Assembly: GCA_964016885.1 (NCBI GenBank)
Contig: OZ024741.1
Span: 403,992,001 to 404,056,000 of the forward strand
DNA length: 64,000 bases
From: Eledone cirrhosa
Taxonomy: Eukaryota
Reading direction: 5' to 3'
Every line of letters starts with the position of its first letter. Position 1 is the first letter of the stretch. The notes under the pieces are model-generated. The model did not search any database and was not told the origin of the DNA. It saw only the letters and a list, made by a program, of their open reading frames with translations. Shown here piece by piece: positions 15,001 through 30,000 of the stretch. The position numbers and the translations under genes are program-made.

Positions 15001-18000
15001 ACTGTAGTTGTTACTGTTGTTGTTACTGTAGTTGTTACTGTTGTTGTTACTGTTGTCGTTACTGTTGTTGTTACTGTTGTTGTTACTGTTGTTGTTACTG
15101 TTGTTGTTACTGTAGTTGTTACTGTTTTTGTTACTGTTGTTGTTACTGTTGTTGCTGTTGTTGTTACTGTTGTTGTTACTGTTGTTGTTACTGTAGTTGT
15201 TACTGTTGTTGTTACTGTTGTTGTTACTGTAGTTGTTACTGTTGTTGTTACTGTTGTTGTTACTGTTGTTGCTGTTGTTGTTACTGTTGTTGTTACTGTT
15301 GTTGCTGTTGTTGTTACTGTTGTTGTTGCTGTTGTTGTTACTGTAGTTGTTACTGTTGTTGTTACTGTAGTTGTTACTGTTGTTGTTACTGTTGTTGTTA
15401 CTGTTGTTGTTACTGTAGTTGTTACTGTTGTTGTTACTGTTGTTGTTACTGTTGTTGCTGTTGTTGTTACTGTTGTTGTTACTGTAGTTGTTACTGTTGT
15501 GTTACTGTTGTTGTTACTGTTGTCGTTACTGTTGTCGTTACTGTTGTTGTTACTGTTGTTACTGTTGTTGTTACTGTTGTTGTTACTGTTGTCGTTACTG
15601 TTGTTGTTACTGTTGTTGTTACTGTTGTTACTGTTGTTGTTACTGTTGTTGTTACTGTTATCGTTACTGTTGTTGTTACTGTTGTTGTTACTGTTGTTAC
15701 TGTTGTTGTTACTGTTGTTACTGTTGTTGTTACTGTTGTTGTTACTGTTGTTACTGTTGTTGTTACTGTTGTTGTTACTGTTGTTGTTACTATTGTTGTT
15801 ACTGTTGTTGTTACTGTTGTTGTGACTGCTGTTGTGACTGTTGTTGTTACTGTTGTTGTTACTGTTGTTGTTGCTGTTGTTGTTACTGTTGTTACTGTTG
15901 TTGTTGCTGTTGTTGTTACTGTTGTTACTGTTGTTGTTACTGTTGTTGTTACTGTTGTTGTTACTGTAGTTGTTACTGTTGTTGTTACTGCTGTTGTTAC
16001 TGTTGTTGTTGCTGTTGTTGTTACTGTTGTTGTTACTGATGTTGTTACTGTTGTTGTTACTGTTGTTGTTACTGTTGTTGTTACTGTTGTTGTTACTGTT
16101 GTTGTTACTGTTGTTACTGTTGTTGTTACTGATGTTGTTACTGTTGTTGTTACTGTTGTTGTTACTGTTGTTACTGTTGTTGTTACTGTTGTTACTGTTG
16201 TTGTTACTGATGTTGATACTGTTGTTGTTACTGTTGTTGTTACTGTTGTTACTGTTGTTGTTACTGTTGTTACTGTTGTTGTTACTGATGTTGTTACTGT
16301 TGTTGTTATTGTTGTTGTTACTGTTGTTGTTACTGTTGTTGTTACTGTTGTCGTTACTGTTGTTGTTACTGTTGTTGTTACTGTTGTTGTTACTGTTGTT
16401 ACTGTTGTTGTTACTGTTGTTGTTACTGTTGTCGTTACTGTTGTTGTTACTGTTGTTGTTACTGTTGTTACTGTTGTTGTTGCTGTTGTTGTTACTGTTG
16501 TTACTGTTGTTGTTACTGTTGTTGTTACTGTTGTTGTTACTGTTGTTGTTACTGTTGTTGTTACTGTTGTTGCTGTTGTTGTTACTGTTGTTGCTGTTGT
16601 TGTTACTGTTGTTGTTACTGTTGTTGTTACTGTTGTCGGTACTGTTGTTGTTACTGGTGTTGTTACTGTTGTTGTTACTGTTGTTGTTACTGTAGTTGTT
16701 ACTGTTGTTGTTACTGTTGTTGTTACTGTTGTTGTTACTGTTGTTGTTGCTGTTGTTGTTACTGTTGTTGTTGCTGTTGTTGTTACTGTTGTTGTTACTG
16801 TTGTTGTTACTGTAGTTGTTACTGTTGTTGTTACTGTTGTTGTTACTGTTGTTGTTACTGTAGTTGTTACTGTTTTTGTTACTGTTGTTGTTACTGTTGT
16901 TGTTACTGTTGTTGTTACTGTTGTTGTTACTGTTGTTGTTACTGTTGTTGCTGTTGTTGTTACTGTTGTTGTTACTGTTGTTGTTACTGTTGTTGCTGTT
17001 GTTGTTACTGTTGTTGTTACTGTTGTTGTTACTGTAGTTGTTACTGTTGTTGTTACTGTTGTTGTTACTGTAGTTGTTACTGTTGTTGTTACTGTTGTTG
17101 TTACTGTAGTTGTTACTGTTGTTGTTACTGTTGTTGTTACTGTTGTTGTTACTGTTGTTGCTGTTGTTGTTACTGTTGTTGCTGTTGTTGTTACTGTTGT
17201 TGTTGCTGTTGTTGTTACTGTTGTTACTGTTGTTACTGTTGTTGTTACTGTTGTTGTTACTGTTGTCGTTACTGTTGTTGTTACTGTTGTTGTTACTGTT
17301 GTTACTGTTGTTGTTACTGTTGTTACTGTTGTTGTTACTGTTGTTGTTACTGTTGTTACTGTTGTTGTTACTGTTGTTGTTACTGTTGTCGTTACTGTTG
17401 TTGTTACTGTTGTTGTTACTGTTGTTGTTACTGTTGTTGTTACTGTTGTTGTGACTGCTGTTGTGACCGTTGTTGTTACTGTTGTTGTTACTGTTGTTGT
17501 TACTGTTGTTACTGTTGTTGTTACTGTTGTTGTTGCTGTTGTTGTTACTGTTGTTACTGTTGTTGTTACTGTTGTTGTTACTGTTGTTGTTACTGTTGTT
17601 GTTACTGTTGTCGTTACTGTTGTTGTTACTGTTGTTACTGTTGTTGTTACTGATGTTGTTACTGTTGTTGTTACTGTTGTTGTTACTGTTGTTACTGTTG
17701 TTGTTACTGTTGTTGTTACTGTTGTTGTTACTGTTGTTATGACTGCTGTTGTGACTGTTGTTGTTACTGTTGTTGTTACTGTTGTTGTTACTGTTGTTGT
17801 TACTGTTGTTGTTACTGTTGTTGTTACTGTTGTTGTTACTGTTGTTGTTACTATTGTTGTTACTGTTGTTGTTACTGTTGTTGTTGCTGTTGTTGTGACT
17901 GCTGTTGTGACTGTTGTTGTTACTGTTGTTGTTACTGTTGTTGTTACTGTTGTTGTGACTGTTGCTGTTACTGTTGTTGTTACTATTGTTGTTACTGTTG

Positions 18001-21000
18001 TTGTTACTATTGTTGTTACTATTGTTGTTACTGTTGTTGTTACTGTTGTTGCTGTTGTTGTGACTGCTGTTGTGACTGTTGTTGTTACTGTTGTTGTTAC
18101 TGTTGTTGTTACTGTTGTTACTTTTGTTGTTACTGTTGTTGTTACTGTTGTTGTTACTGTAGTTGTTACTGTTGTTGTTGCTGTTGTTGTTACTGTTGTT
18201 GTTACTGTTGTTACTGCTGTTGTTACTGTTGTTGTTACTGTTGTTGTTACTGTTGTTGTTACTGTTGTTGTTACTGTTGTTGTTGCTGTTGTTGTTACTG
18301 TTGTTACTGTTGTTGTTACTGTTGTTGTTACTGTTGTTACTGTTGTTACTGTTGTTGTTACTGTTGTTACTGTTGTTGTTACTGTTGTTGTTACTGTTGT
18401 TACTGTTGTTGTTGCTGTTGTTGTTACTGTTGTTACTGTTGTTACCGTTGTTACTGTTGTTGTTACTGTTGTTGTTGCTGTTGTTGTTACAGTTGTTACT
18501 GTTGTTGTTACTGTTGTTGTTACTGTTGTTGTTACTGTTGTTACTGTTGTTGTTACTGTTGTTGTTACTGTTGTTGTTACTGTTGTTGTTGCTGTTGTTA
18601 CTGTTGTTGTTGCTGTTGTTGTTACTGTTGTTACTGTTGTTGTTACTGTTGTTGCTACTGTTGTTGTTACTGTTGTTGTTACTGTTGTTGTTGCTGTTGT
18701 TGTTACTGTTGTTACTGTTGTTACTGTTGTTGTTACTGTTGTTGTTACTGTTGTTGTTACTGTTGTGGTTGCTGTTGTTGTTACTGTTGTTGTTGCTGTT
18801 GTTGTTACTGTTGTTACTGTTGTTGTTACTGTTGTTGTTACTGTTGTTGTTACTGTTGTTGTTGCTGTTGTTGTTACAGTTGTTACTGTTGTTGCTACTG
18901 TTGTTGTTACTGTTGTTGTTACTGTTGTTACTGTTGTTGTTACTGTTGTTGTTACTGTTGTTGTTACTGTTGTTGTTACTGTTGTTGTTGCTGTTGTTGT
19001 TACTGTTGTTGTTGCTGTTGTTGTTACTGTTGTTACTGTTGTTGTTACTGTTGTTGCTACTGTTGTTGCTACTGTTGTTGTTACTGTTGTTGTTACTGTT
19101 GTTGTTGCTGTTGTTGTTACTGTTGTTACTGTTGTTACTGTTGTTGTTACTGTTGTTGTTACTGTTGTTGTTACTGTTGTTGTTGCTGTTGTTGTTGCTG
19201 TTGTTGTTGCTGTTGTTGTTACTGTTGTTACTGTTGTTGTTACTGTTGTTGTTACTGTTGTTGTTACTGTTGTTGTTACTGTTGTTGTTGCTGTTGTTGT
19301 TACAGTTGTTACTGTTGTTGTTACTGTTGTTGTTACTGTTGTTGTTACTGTTGTTGTTACTGTTGTTACTGTTGTTACTGTTGTTGTTACTGTTGTTGTT
19401 ACTGTTGTTACTGTTGTTGTTACTGTTGTTGTTACTGTTGTTACTGTTGTTGTTACTGGTGTTGTTACTGTTGTTACTGTTGTTGTTACTGTTGCTGTTA
19501 CTGTTGTTACTGTTGTTGTTACTGTTGTTGTTACTGTTGTTACTGTTGTTGTTACTGTTGTTACTGTTGTTGTTACTGTTGTTGCTACTGTTGTTACTGT
19601 TGTTACTGTTGTTGTTACTGTTGTTACTGTTGTTGTTACTGTTGTTGTTACTGTTGTTACTGTTGTTGTTACTGTTGTTGTTACTGTTGTTACTGTTGTT
19701 GTTACTGTTGTTGTTACTGTTGTTGTTACTGTTGTTACTGTTGTTACTGTTGTTGTTACTGTTGTTGTTACTGTTGTTACTGTTGTTGTTACTGTTGTTA
19801 CTTTTGTTGTTACTGTTGTTGTTACTGTTGTTGTTACTGTTGTTGTTACTGTTGTTACTGTTGTTGTTACTGTTGTTGTTACTGTTGTTGTTACTGTTGT
19901 TGTTACTGTTGTTGTTACTGTTGTTGTTACTGTTGATGTTACTGTTGTTGTTGCTGTTGTTGTTACTGTTGTTGTTGCTGTTGTTGTTACTGTTGTTGTT
20001 ACTGTTGTTGTTACTGTTGTTGTTGCTGTTGTTGTTACTGTTGTTACTGTTGTTACTGTTGTTGTTACTGTTGTTGTTACTGTTGTTGTTACTGTTGTTG
20101 TTACTATTGTTGTTACTGTTGTTGTTACTGTTGTTGCTGTTGTTGTGACTGCTGTTGTGACTGTTGTTGTTACTGTTGTTGTTACTGTTGTTGTTACTGT
20201 TGTTACTGTTGTTGTTACTGTTGTTGTTACTGTTGTTGTTACTGTAGTTGTTACTGTTGTTGTTACTGTTGTTGTTGCTGTTGTTGTTACTGTTGTTACT
20301 GTTGTTGTTGCTGTTGTTTTTACTGTTGTTACTGTTGTTGTTACTGTTGTTGTTACTGTTGTTGTTACTGTAGTTGTTACTGTTGTTGTTACTGTTGTTG
20401 TTACTGTTGTTGTTGCTGTTGTTGTTGCTGTTGTTGTTACTGTTGTTGTTACTGTTGTTGTTACTGTTGTTGTTACTGTTGTTACTGTTGTTGTTACTGA
20501 TGTTGTTACTGTTGTTGTTACTGTTGTTGTTACTGTTGTTACTGTTGTTGTTACTGTTGTTGTTACTGTTGTTGTTACTGTTGTTGTTACTGTTGTTGTT
20601 ACTGTTGATGTTACTGTTGTTGTTGCTGTTGTTGTTACTGTTGTTGTTGCGGTTGTTGTTAATGTTGTTACTGTTGTTGTTACTGTTGTTGTTACTGTTG
20701 TTACTGTTGTTGTTACTGTTGTTGTTACTGTTGTTACTGTTGTTGTTACTGTTGTTGTTACTGTTGTTGTTACTGTTGTTACTGTTGTTGTTACTGTTGT
20801 TGTTACTGTTGTTACTGTTGTTGTTACGGTTGTTACTGTTGTTGTTACTGTTGTTGTTACTGTTGTTGTTACTGTTGTTGTTACTGTTGTTACTGTTGTT
20901 GTTACTGTTGTTGTTACTGTTGTTGTTACTGTTGTTGTTACTGTTGTTGTTACTGTTGTTGTTACTATTGTTGTTACTGTTGATGTTACTGTTGTTGTTG

Positions 21001-24000
21001 CTGTTGTTGTTACTGTTGTTGTTGCTGTTGTTTTTACTGTTGTTGTTACTGTTGTTGTTACTGTTGTTGTTACTGTTGTTGTTACTGTTGTTACTGTTGT
21101 TACTGTTGTTGTTACTGTTGTTGTTACTGTTGTTGTTACTGTTGTTGTTGCTGTTGTTGTTACAGTTGTTACTGTTGTTGTTACTGTTGTTGTTACTGTT
21201 GTTTTTGCGGTTACTGTTGTTGTTACTGTTGTTGTTACTATTGTTGTTACTGTTGATGTTACTGTAGTTGTTGCTGTTGTTGTTACTGTTGTTGTTACTG
21301 TTGTTGTTACTGTTGTTGTTACTGTTGTTGTTGCTGTTGTTGTTACTGTTGTTGTTGCTGTTGTTGTTACTGTTGTTGTTACTGTTGTTGTTACTGTTGT
21401 TGTTACTGTTGTTGTTACTGTTGTTGTTACTGTTGTTGTTACTATTGTTGTTACTGTTGATGTTACTGTAGTTGTTGCTGTTGTTGTTACTGTTGTTGTT
21501 ACTGTTGTTGTTACTGTTGTTGTTACTGTTGTTGTTGCTGTTGTTGTTACTGTTGTTGTTGCTGTTGTTGTTACTGTTGTTGTTACTGTTGTTACTGTTG
21601 TTGTTACTGTTGTTGTTACTGTTGTTGTTACTGTTGTTGTTACTGTTGTTGTTGCTGTTGTTGTTACAGTTGTTACTGTTGTTGTTACTGTTGTTGTTAC
21701 TGTTGTTGTTACTGTTGTTTCTGTTGTTGTTACTTTTGTTGTTACTGTTGTTGTTACTGTTGTTGTTACTGTTGTTGTTGCTGTTGTTGTTACTGTTGTT
21801 GTTGCTGTTGTGTTACTGTTGTTACTGTTGTTGTTACTGTTGTTGCTACTGTTGTTGTTACTGTTGTTGTTGCTGTTGTTGTTGCTGTTGTTGTTACTGT
21901 TGTTACTGTTGTTACTGTTGTTGTTACTGTTGTTGTTACTGTTGTTGTTACTGTTGTTGTTGCTGTTGTTGTTGCTGTTGTTGTTGTTGTTGTTGTTGTT
22001 GCTGTTGTTGTTGCTGTTGTTACTGTTGTTGTTACTGTTGTTGTTACTGTTGTTGTTACTGTTGTTGTTACTGTTGTTGTTGGTGTTGTTGTTACAGTTG
22101 TATCTGTTGTTGTTACTGTTGTTGTTACTGTTGTTGCTGTTGTTGTTACTGTTGTTGTTACTGTTGTTGTTACTGTTGTTACTGTTGTTACTGTTGTTAC
22201 TGTTGTTACTGTTGTTGTTACTGTTGTTGTTACTGTTGTTACTGTTGTTGTTACTGTTGTTGTTACTGTTGTTACTGTTGTTGTTACTGTTGTTGTTACT
22301 GTTGTTACTGTTGTTGTTACTGTTGTTGTTACTGTTGTTACTGTTGTTGTTACTGTTGTTACTGTTGTTGTTACTGTTGTTGTTACTGTTGTTACTGTTG
22401 TTACTGTTGTTGTTACTGTTGTTACTGTTGTTGTTACTGTTGTTGCTGTTGTTGTTACTGTTGTTGTTACTGTTGTTGTTACTGTTGTTACTGTTGTTGT
22501 TACTGTTGTTGTTACTGTTGTTGTTACTGTTGTTGTTACTGTTGTTACTGTTGTTGTTACTGTTGTTGTTACTGTTGTTACTGTTGTTGTTACTGTTGTT
22601 ACTGTTGTTGTTACTGTTGTTGTTACTGTTGTTGTTACTGTTGTTGTTACTGTTGTTACTGTTGTTGTTACTGTTGTTGTTACTGTTGTTGTTACTGTTG
22701 TTGTTACTGTTGTTGTTACTGTTGTTACTGTTGTTGTTACTGTTGTTGTTACTGTTGTTACTGTTTTTGTTACTGTTGTTGTTACTGTTGTTACTGTTGT
22801 TGTTGCTGTTGTTGTTACTGTTGTTGTTACTGTTGTTGTTACTGTTGTTACTGTTGTTGTTAGTGTTGTTGCTGTTGTTGTTACTGTTGTTGTTACTGTT
22901 GTTGTTACTGTTGTTGTTACTGTTGTTAGTGTTGTTGTTACTGTTGTTACTGTTGTTGTTACTGTTGTTACTGTTGTTACTGTTGTTACTGTTGTTACTG
23001 TTGTTGTTACTGTTGGTGTTACTGTTGTTACTGTTGTTACTGTTGTTACTGTTGTTACTGTTGTTGTTACTGTTGTTACTGTTGTTGTTACTGTTGTTAC
23101 TGTTGTTGTTACTGTTGTTGTTACTGTTGTTACTGTTGTTGTTACTGTTGTTGTTACTGTTGTTACTGTTGTTACTGTTGTTGTTACTGTTGTTACTGTT
23201 GTTGTTACTGTTGTTGTTACTGTTGTTGTTACTGTTGTTACTGTTGTTGTTACTGTTGTTGCTGTTGTTGTTACTGTTGTTGTTACTGTTGTTGTTACTG
23301 TTGTTGTTGCTGTTGTTGTTACTGTTGTTAGTGTTGTTACTGTTGTTACTGTTGTTGTTACTGTTGTTGTTACTGTTGTTGTTACTGTTGTTACTGTTGT
23401 TGTTGCTGTTGTTGTTACTGTTGTTACTGTTGTTACTGTTGTTGTTACTGTTGTTGTTGCTGTTGTTTTTACTGTTGTTACTGTTGTTGTTACTGTTGTT
23501 GTTACTGTTATTGTTGCTGTTGTTGTTACTTTTGTTACTGTTGTTGTTACTGTTGTTGTTACTGTTGTTACTGTTGTTGTTACTGTTGTTGTTACTGTTG
23601 TTGCTGTTGTTGTTACTGTTGTTGTTACTGTTGTTGTTACTGTTGTTACTGTTGTTGTTACTGTTGTTGTTACTGTTGTTGCTGTTGTTGTTACAGTTGT
23701 TGTTACTGTTGTTGTTACTGTTGTTACTGTTGTTGTTACTGTTGTTACTGTTGTTGTTACTGTTGTTGCTGTTGTTGTTACAGTTGTTGTTACTGTTGTT
23801 GCTGTTGTTGTTACTGTTGTTACTGTTGTTGTTACTGTTGTTGTTACTGTTGTTACTGTTGTTGTTACTGTTGTTGTTACTGTTGTTACTGTTGTTGTTA
23901 CTGTTGTTACTGTTGTTGTTACTGTTGTTGTTACTGTTGTTACTGTTGTTGTCACTGTTGTTACTGTTGTTGTCACTGTTGTTACTGTTGTTGTTACTGT

Positions 24001-27000
24001 TGTTGTTACTGTTGTGGTTACTGTTGTTGTTACTGTTGTTACTGTTGTTGTTACTGTTGTTGTTACTGTTGTTACTGTTGTTGTTACTGTTGTTACTGTT
24101 GTTGTTACTGTTGTTGTTACTGTTGTTGTTACTGTTGTTACTGTTGTGTTACTGTTGTTGTTACTGTTGTTACTGTTGTTGTTACTGTTGTTGTTACTGT
24201 TGTTGTTACTGTTGTTGCTGTTGTTGTTACTGTTGTTGTTACTGTTGTTGTTACTGTTGTTGTTACTGTTGTTACTGTTGTTGTTACTGTTGTTGTTACT
24301 GTTGTTACTGTTGTTGTTACTGTTGTTGTTACTGTTGTTGCTGTTGTTGTTACTGTTGTTACAGTTGTTGTTACTGTTGTTGTTACTGTTGTTGTTACTG
24401 TTGTTGTTACTGTTGTTGTTACTGTTGTTACTGTTGTTGTTACTGTTGTTACTGTTGTTGTTACTGATGTTGTTACTGTTGTTGTTACTGTTGTTGTTAC
24501 TGTTGTTGTTACTGTTGTTACTGTTGTTGTTACTGTTGTTGTTACTGTTGTTACTGTTGTTGTTACTGTTGTTGTTACTGTTGTCGTTACTGTTGTTGTT
24601 ACTGTTGTTGTTACTGTTGTTACTGTTGTTGTTACTGTTGTTGTTACTGTTGTTGTTGCTGTTGTTGTTACTGTTGTTACTGTTGTTTTTTACTGTTGTT
24701 GTTACTGTTGTTGTTACTGTTGTTGTTACTGTTGTTGCTGTTGTTGTTACTGTTGTTGCTGTTGTTGTTACTGTTGTTGTTACTGTTGTTGTTACTGTTG
24801 TTGTTACTGTTGTCGTTACTGTTGTTGTTACTGTTGTTGTTACTGTTGTTGTTACTGTAGTTGTTACTGTTGTTGTTACTGTTGTTGTTACTGTTGTCGT
24901 TACTGTTGTTGTTGCTGTTGTTACTGTTGTTGTTACTGTTGTTGTTGCTGTTGTTGTTACTGTTGTTGTTACTGTTGTTGTTACTGTAGTTGTTACTGTT
25001 GTTGTTACTGTTGTTGTTACTGTTGTTGTTACTGTAGTTGTTACTGTTTTTGTTACTGTTGTTGTTACTGTAGTTGTTACTGTTGTTGTTACTGTTGTTG
25101 TTACTGTTGTTGTTACTGTTGTTGTTACTGTTGTTGTTACTGTTGTTGCTGTTGTTGTTACTGTTGTTGTTACTGTTGTTGTTACTGTTGTTGCTGTTGT
25201 TGTTACTGTTGTTGTTACTGTTGTTGTTACTGTAGTTGTTACTGTTGTTGTTACTGTTGTTGTTACTGTAGTTGTTACTGTTGTTGTTACTGTTGTTGTT
25301 ACTGTAGTTGTTACTGTTGTTGTTACTGTTGTTGTTACTGTTGTTGCTGTTGTTGTTACTGTTGTTGCTGTTGTTGTTACTCTTGTTGTTACTGTAGTTG
25401 TTACTGATGTTGTCACTGTTGTTGTTGCTGTTGTTGTTACTGTTGTTACTGTTGTTACTGTTGTTACTGTTGTTGTTACTGTTGTTGTTACTGTTGTTAC
25501 TGTTGTTGTTGCTGTTGTTGTTACTGTTGTTACTGTTGTTACTGTTGTTACTGTTGTTGTTACTGTTGTTGTTACTGTTGTTGTTACTGTTGTTGTTGCT
25601 GTTGTTGTTACTGTTGTTACTGTTGTTACTGTTGTTACTGTTGTTGTTACTATTGTTGTTACTGTAGTTGTTACTGTTGTTGTTACTGTTGTTGTTACTG
25701 TAGTTGTTATTGTTGTTGTTACTGTTGTTGTTACTGTTGTTGTTACTGTAGTTGTTACTGTTGTTGTTACTGTTGTTGTTACTGTTGTTGCTGTTGTTGT
25801 TACTGTTGTTGTTACTGTTGTCGTTACTGTTGTTGTTACTGTTGTTGTTACTGTTGTTACTGTTGTTGTTACTGTTGTTACTGTTGTTGTTACTGTTGTT
25901 GTTACTGTTGTTACTGTTGTTGTTGCTGTTGTTGTTACTGTTGTTATTGTTGTTACCGTTGTTACTGTTGTTGTTACTGTTGTTGTTACTGTTGTTGTTA
26001 CTGTTGTTACTGTTGTTGTTGCTGTTGTTGTTACTGTTGTTACTGTTGTTACTGTTGTTGTTACTGTTGTTGTTGCTGTTGTTTTTACTGTTGTTACTGT
26101 TGTTGTTACTGTTGTTGTTACTGTTATTGTTGCTGTTGTTGTTACTTTTGTTACTGTTGTTGTTACTGTTGTTACTGTTGTTGTTACTGTTGTTGTTACT
26201 GTTGTTGCTGTTGTTGTTACTGTTGTTGTTACTGTTGTTGTTACTGTTGTTACTATTGTTGTTACTGTTGTTGTTACTGTTGTTGCTGTTGTTGTTACAG
26301 TTGTTGTTACTGTTGTTGTTACTGTTGTTACTGTTGTTGTTACTGTTGTTACTGTTGTTGTTACTGTTGTTGCTGTTGTTGTTACTGTAGTTGTTACTGT
26401 TTTTGTTACTGTTGTTGTTACTGTTGTTGCTGTTGTTGTTACTGTTGTTGTTACTGTTGTTGTAACTGTAGTTGTTACTGTTGTTGTTACTGTTGTTGTT
26501 ACTGTTGTTGTTACTGTTGTTGTTACTGTTGTTGTTACTGTTGTTACTGTTGTTGTTACTGTTGTTGTTACTGTTGTTACTGTTGTTACTGTTGTTGTTA
26601 CTGTTGTTGTTACTGTTGTCGTTACTGTTGTTACTGTTGTTGTTACCGTTGTTGTTACTGTTGTTGTTACTGTTGTTGTGACTGCTGTTGTGACTGTTGT
26701 TGTTACTGTTGTGGTTACTGTTGTTTTTACTGTTGTTGTTACTGTTGTTACTGTTGTTGTTACTGTTGTTGTTGCTGTTGTTGTTACTGTTGTTACTGTT
26801 GTTGTTACTGTTGTTGTTACTGTTGTTGTTACTGTTGTTGTTACTGTTGTCGTTACTGTTGTCGTTACTGTTGTTACTGTTGTTGTTACTGATGTTGTTA
26901 CTGTTGTTGTTACTGTTGTTGTTACTGTTGTTACTGTTGTTGTTACTGTTGTTGTTACTGTTGTTGTTACTGTTGTTGTGACTGCTGTTGTGACTGTTGT

Positions 27001-30000
27001 TGTTACTGTTGTTGTTACTGTTATTGTTACTGTTGTTGGTACTGTTGTTGTTACTGTTGTTGTTACTGTTGTTGTTACTGTAGTTGTTACTGTTGTTGTT
27101 ACTGTTGTTGTTACTGTTGTTGTTACTGTTGTTGTTGCTGTTGTTGTTACTGTTGTTGTTACTGTTGTTGTTGCTGTTGTTGTTACTGTTGTTGTTACTG
27201 TTGTTGTTACTGTAGTTGTTACTGTTGTTGTTACTGTTGTTGTTACTGTTGTTGTTACTGTAGTTGTTACTGTTTTTGTTACTGTTGTTGTTACTGTAGT
27301 TGTTACTGTTGTTGTTACTGTTGTTGTTGCTGTTGTTGTTACTGTTGTTACTGTTGTTGTTACTGTTGTTGTTACTGTTGTTGTTACTGTTGTTGTTACT
27401 GTTGTCGTTACTGTTGTTGTTACTGTTGTTACTGTTGTTGTTACTGATGTTGTTACTGTTGTTGTTACTGTTGTTGTTACTGTTGTTACTGTTGTTGTTA
27501 CTGTTGTTGTTACTGTTGTTGTTACTGTTGTTGTGACTGCTGTTGTGACTGTTGTTGTTACTGTTGTTGTTACTGTTATTGTTACTGTTGTTGGTACTGT
27601 TGTTGTTACTGTTGTTGTTACTGTTGTTGTTACTGTAGTTGTTACTGTTGTTGTTACTGTTGTTGTTACTGTTGTTGTTACTGTTGTTGTTGCTGTTGTT
27701 GTTACTGTTGTTGTTACTGTTGTTGTTGCTGTTGTTGTTACTGTTGTTGTTACTGTTGTTGTTACTGTAGTTGTTACTGTTGTTGTTACTGTTGTTGTTA
27801 CTGTTGTTGTTACTGTAGTTGTTACTGTTTTTGTTACTGTTGTTGTTACTGTAGTTGTTACTGTTGTTGTTACTGTTGTTGTTACTGTTGTTGTTACTGT
27901 TGTTGTTACTGTTGTTTTTACTGTTGTTGCTGTTGTTGTTACTGTTGTTGTTACTGTTGTTGTTACTGTTGTTGCTGTTGTTGTTACTGTTGTTGTTACT
28001 GTTGTTGTTACTGTAGTTGTTACTGTTGTTGTTACTGTTGTTGTTACTGTAGTTGTTACTGTTGTTGTTACTGTAGTTGTTACTGTTGTTGTTACTGTTG
28101 TTGTTACTGTTGTTGCTGTTGTTGTTACTGTTGTTGCTGTTGTTGTTACTCTTGTTGTTACTGTAGTTGTTACTGATGTTGTCACTGTTGTTGTTGCTGT
28201 TGTTGTTACTGTTGTTACTGTTGTTACTGTTGTTACTGTTGTTGTTACTGTTGTTGTTACTGTTGTTACTGTTGTTGTTGCTGTTGTTGTTACTGTTGTT
28301 ACTGTTGTTACTGTTGTTGTTACTGTTGTTGTTACTGTTGTTGTTACTGTTGTTACTGTTGTTGTTGCTGTTGTTGTTACTGTTGTTACTGTTGTTACTG
28401 TTGTTACTGTTGTTGTTACTATTGTTGTTACTGTTGTTGTTACTGTTGTTGTTACTGTTGTTGTTACTGTAGTTGTTACTGTTGTTGTTACTGTTGTTGT
28501 TACTGTTGTTGTTACTGTAGTTGTTACTGTTGTTGTTACTGTTGTTGTTACTGTTGTTGCTGTTGTTGTTACTGTTGTTGTTACTGTTGTCGTTACTGTT
28601 GTTGTTACTGTTGTTGTTACTGTTGTTACTGTTGTTGTTACTGTTGTTACTGTTGTTGTTACTGTTGTTGTTACTGTTGTTACTGTTGTTGTTGCTGTTG
28701 TTGTTACTGTTGTTACTGTTGTTACCGTTGTTACTGTTGTTGTTACTGTTGTTGTTACTGTTGTTGTTACTGTTGTTACTGTTGTTGTTACTGTTGTTGT
28801 TACTGTTGTTGCTGTTGTTGTTACTGTTGTTGTTACTGTTGTTGTTACTGTTGTTACTATTGTTGTTACTGTTGTTGTTACTGTTGTTGCTGTTGTTGTT
28901 ACAGTTGTTGTTACTGTTGTTGTTACTGTTGTTACTGTTGTTGTTACTGTTGTTGCTGTTGTTGTTACTGTAGTTGTTACTGTTTTTGTTACTGTTGTTG
29001 TTACTGTTGTTGCTGTTGTTGTTACTGTTGTTGTTACTGTTGTTGTTACTGTAGTTGTTACTGTTGTTGTTACTGTTGTTGTTACTGTTGTTGTTACTGT
29101 TGTTGTTACTGTTGTTGTTACTGTTGTTGCTGTTGTTGTTACTGTTGTTTTTACTGTTGTTGTTACTGTTGTTACTGTTGTTGTTACTGTTGTTGTTGCT
29201 GTTGTTGTTACTGTTGTTACTGTTGTTGTTACTGTTGTTGTTACTGTTGTTGTTACTGTTGTTGTTACTGTTGTCGTTACTGTTGTTGTTACTGTTGTTA
29301 CTGTTGTTGTTACTGATGTTGTTACTGTTGTTGTTACTGTTGTTGTTACTGTTGTTACTGTTGTTGTTACTGTTGTTGTTACTGTTGTTGTTACTGTTGT
29401 TGTGACTGCTGTTGTGACTGTTGTTGTTACTGTTGTTGTTACTGTTATTGTTACTGTTGTTGGTACTGTTGTTGTTACTGTTGTTGTTACTGTTGTTGTT
29501 ACTGTTGTTGTTACTGTTGTTGTTACTGTTGTTGTTACTGTTGTTGTTGCTGTTGTTGTGACTGATGTTGTGACTGTTGTTGTTACTGTTGTTGTTACTG
29601 CTGTTACTGTTGTTGTTACTGTTGTTGTTACTGTTGTTGTTACTGTTGTTGTTACTGTTGTTGTTACTGTTGTTGTTACTGTTGTTACTGTTGTTGTTAC
29701 TGATGTTGTTACTGTTGTTGTTACTGTTGTTGTTACTGTTGTTACTTTTGTTGTTACTGTTGTTGTTACTGTTGTTGTTACTGTTGTTGTTACTGTTGTT
29801 GTTACTGTTGTTACTGTTGTTACTGTTGTTGTTACTGATGTTGTTACTGTTGTTGTTACTGTTGTTGTTACTGTTGTTACTGTTGTTGTTACTGTTGTTG
29901 TTACTGTTGTTGTTACTGTTGTTGTGACTGCTGTTGTGACTGTTGTTGTTACTGTTGTTGTTACTGTTGTTGTTACTGTTGTTGGTACTGTTGTTGTTAC

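Noticed and set aside
86-24467. Poly-Leu, poly-Val and Cys/Tyr ORFs
   Set aside because: Translations of the satellite; frames switch at slips.
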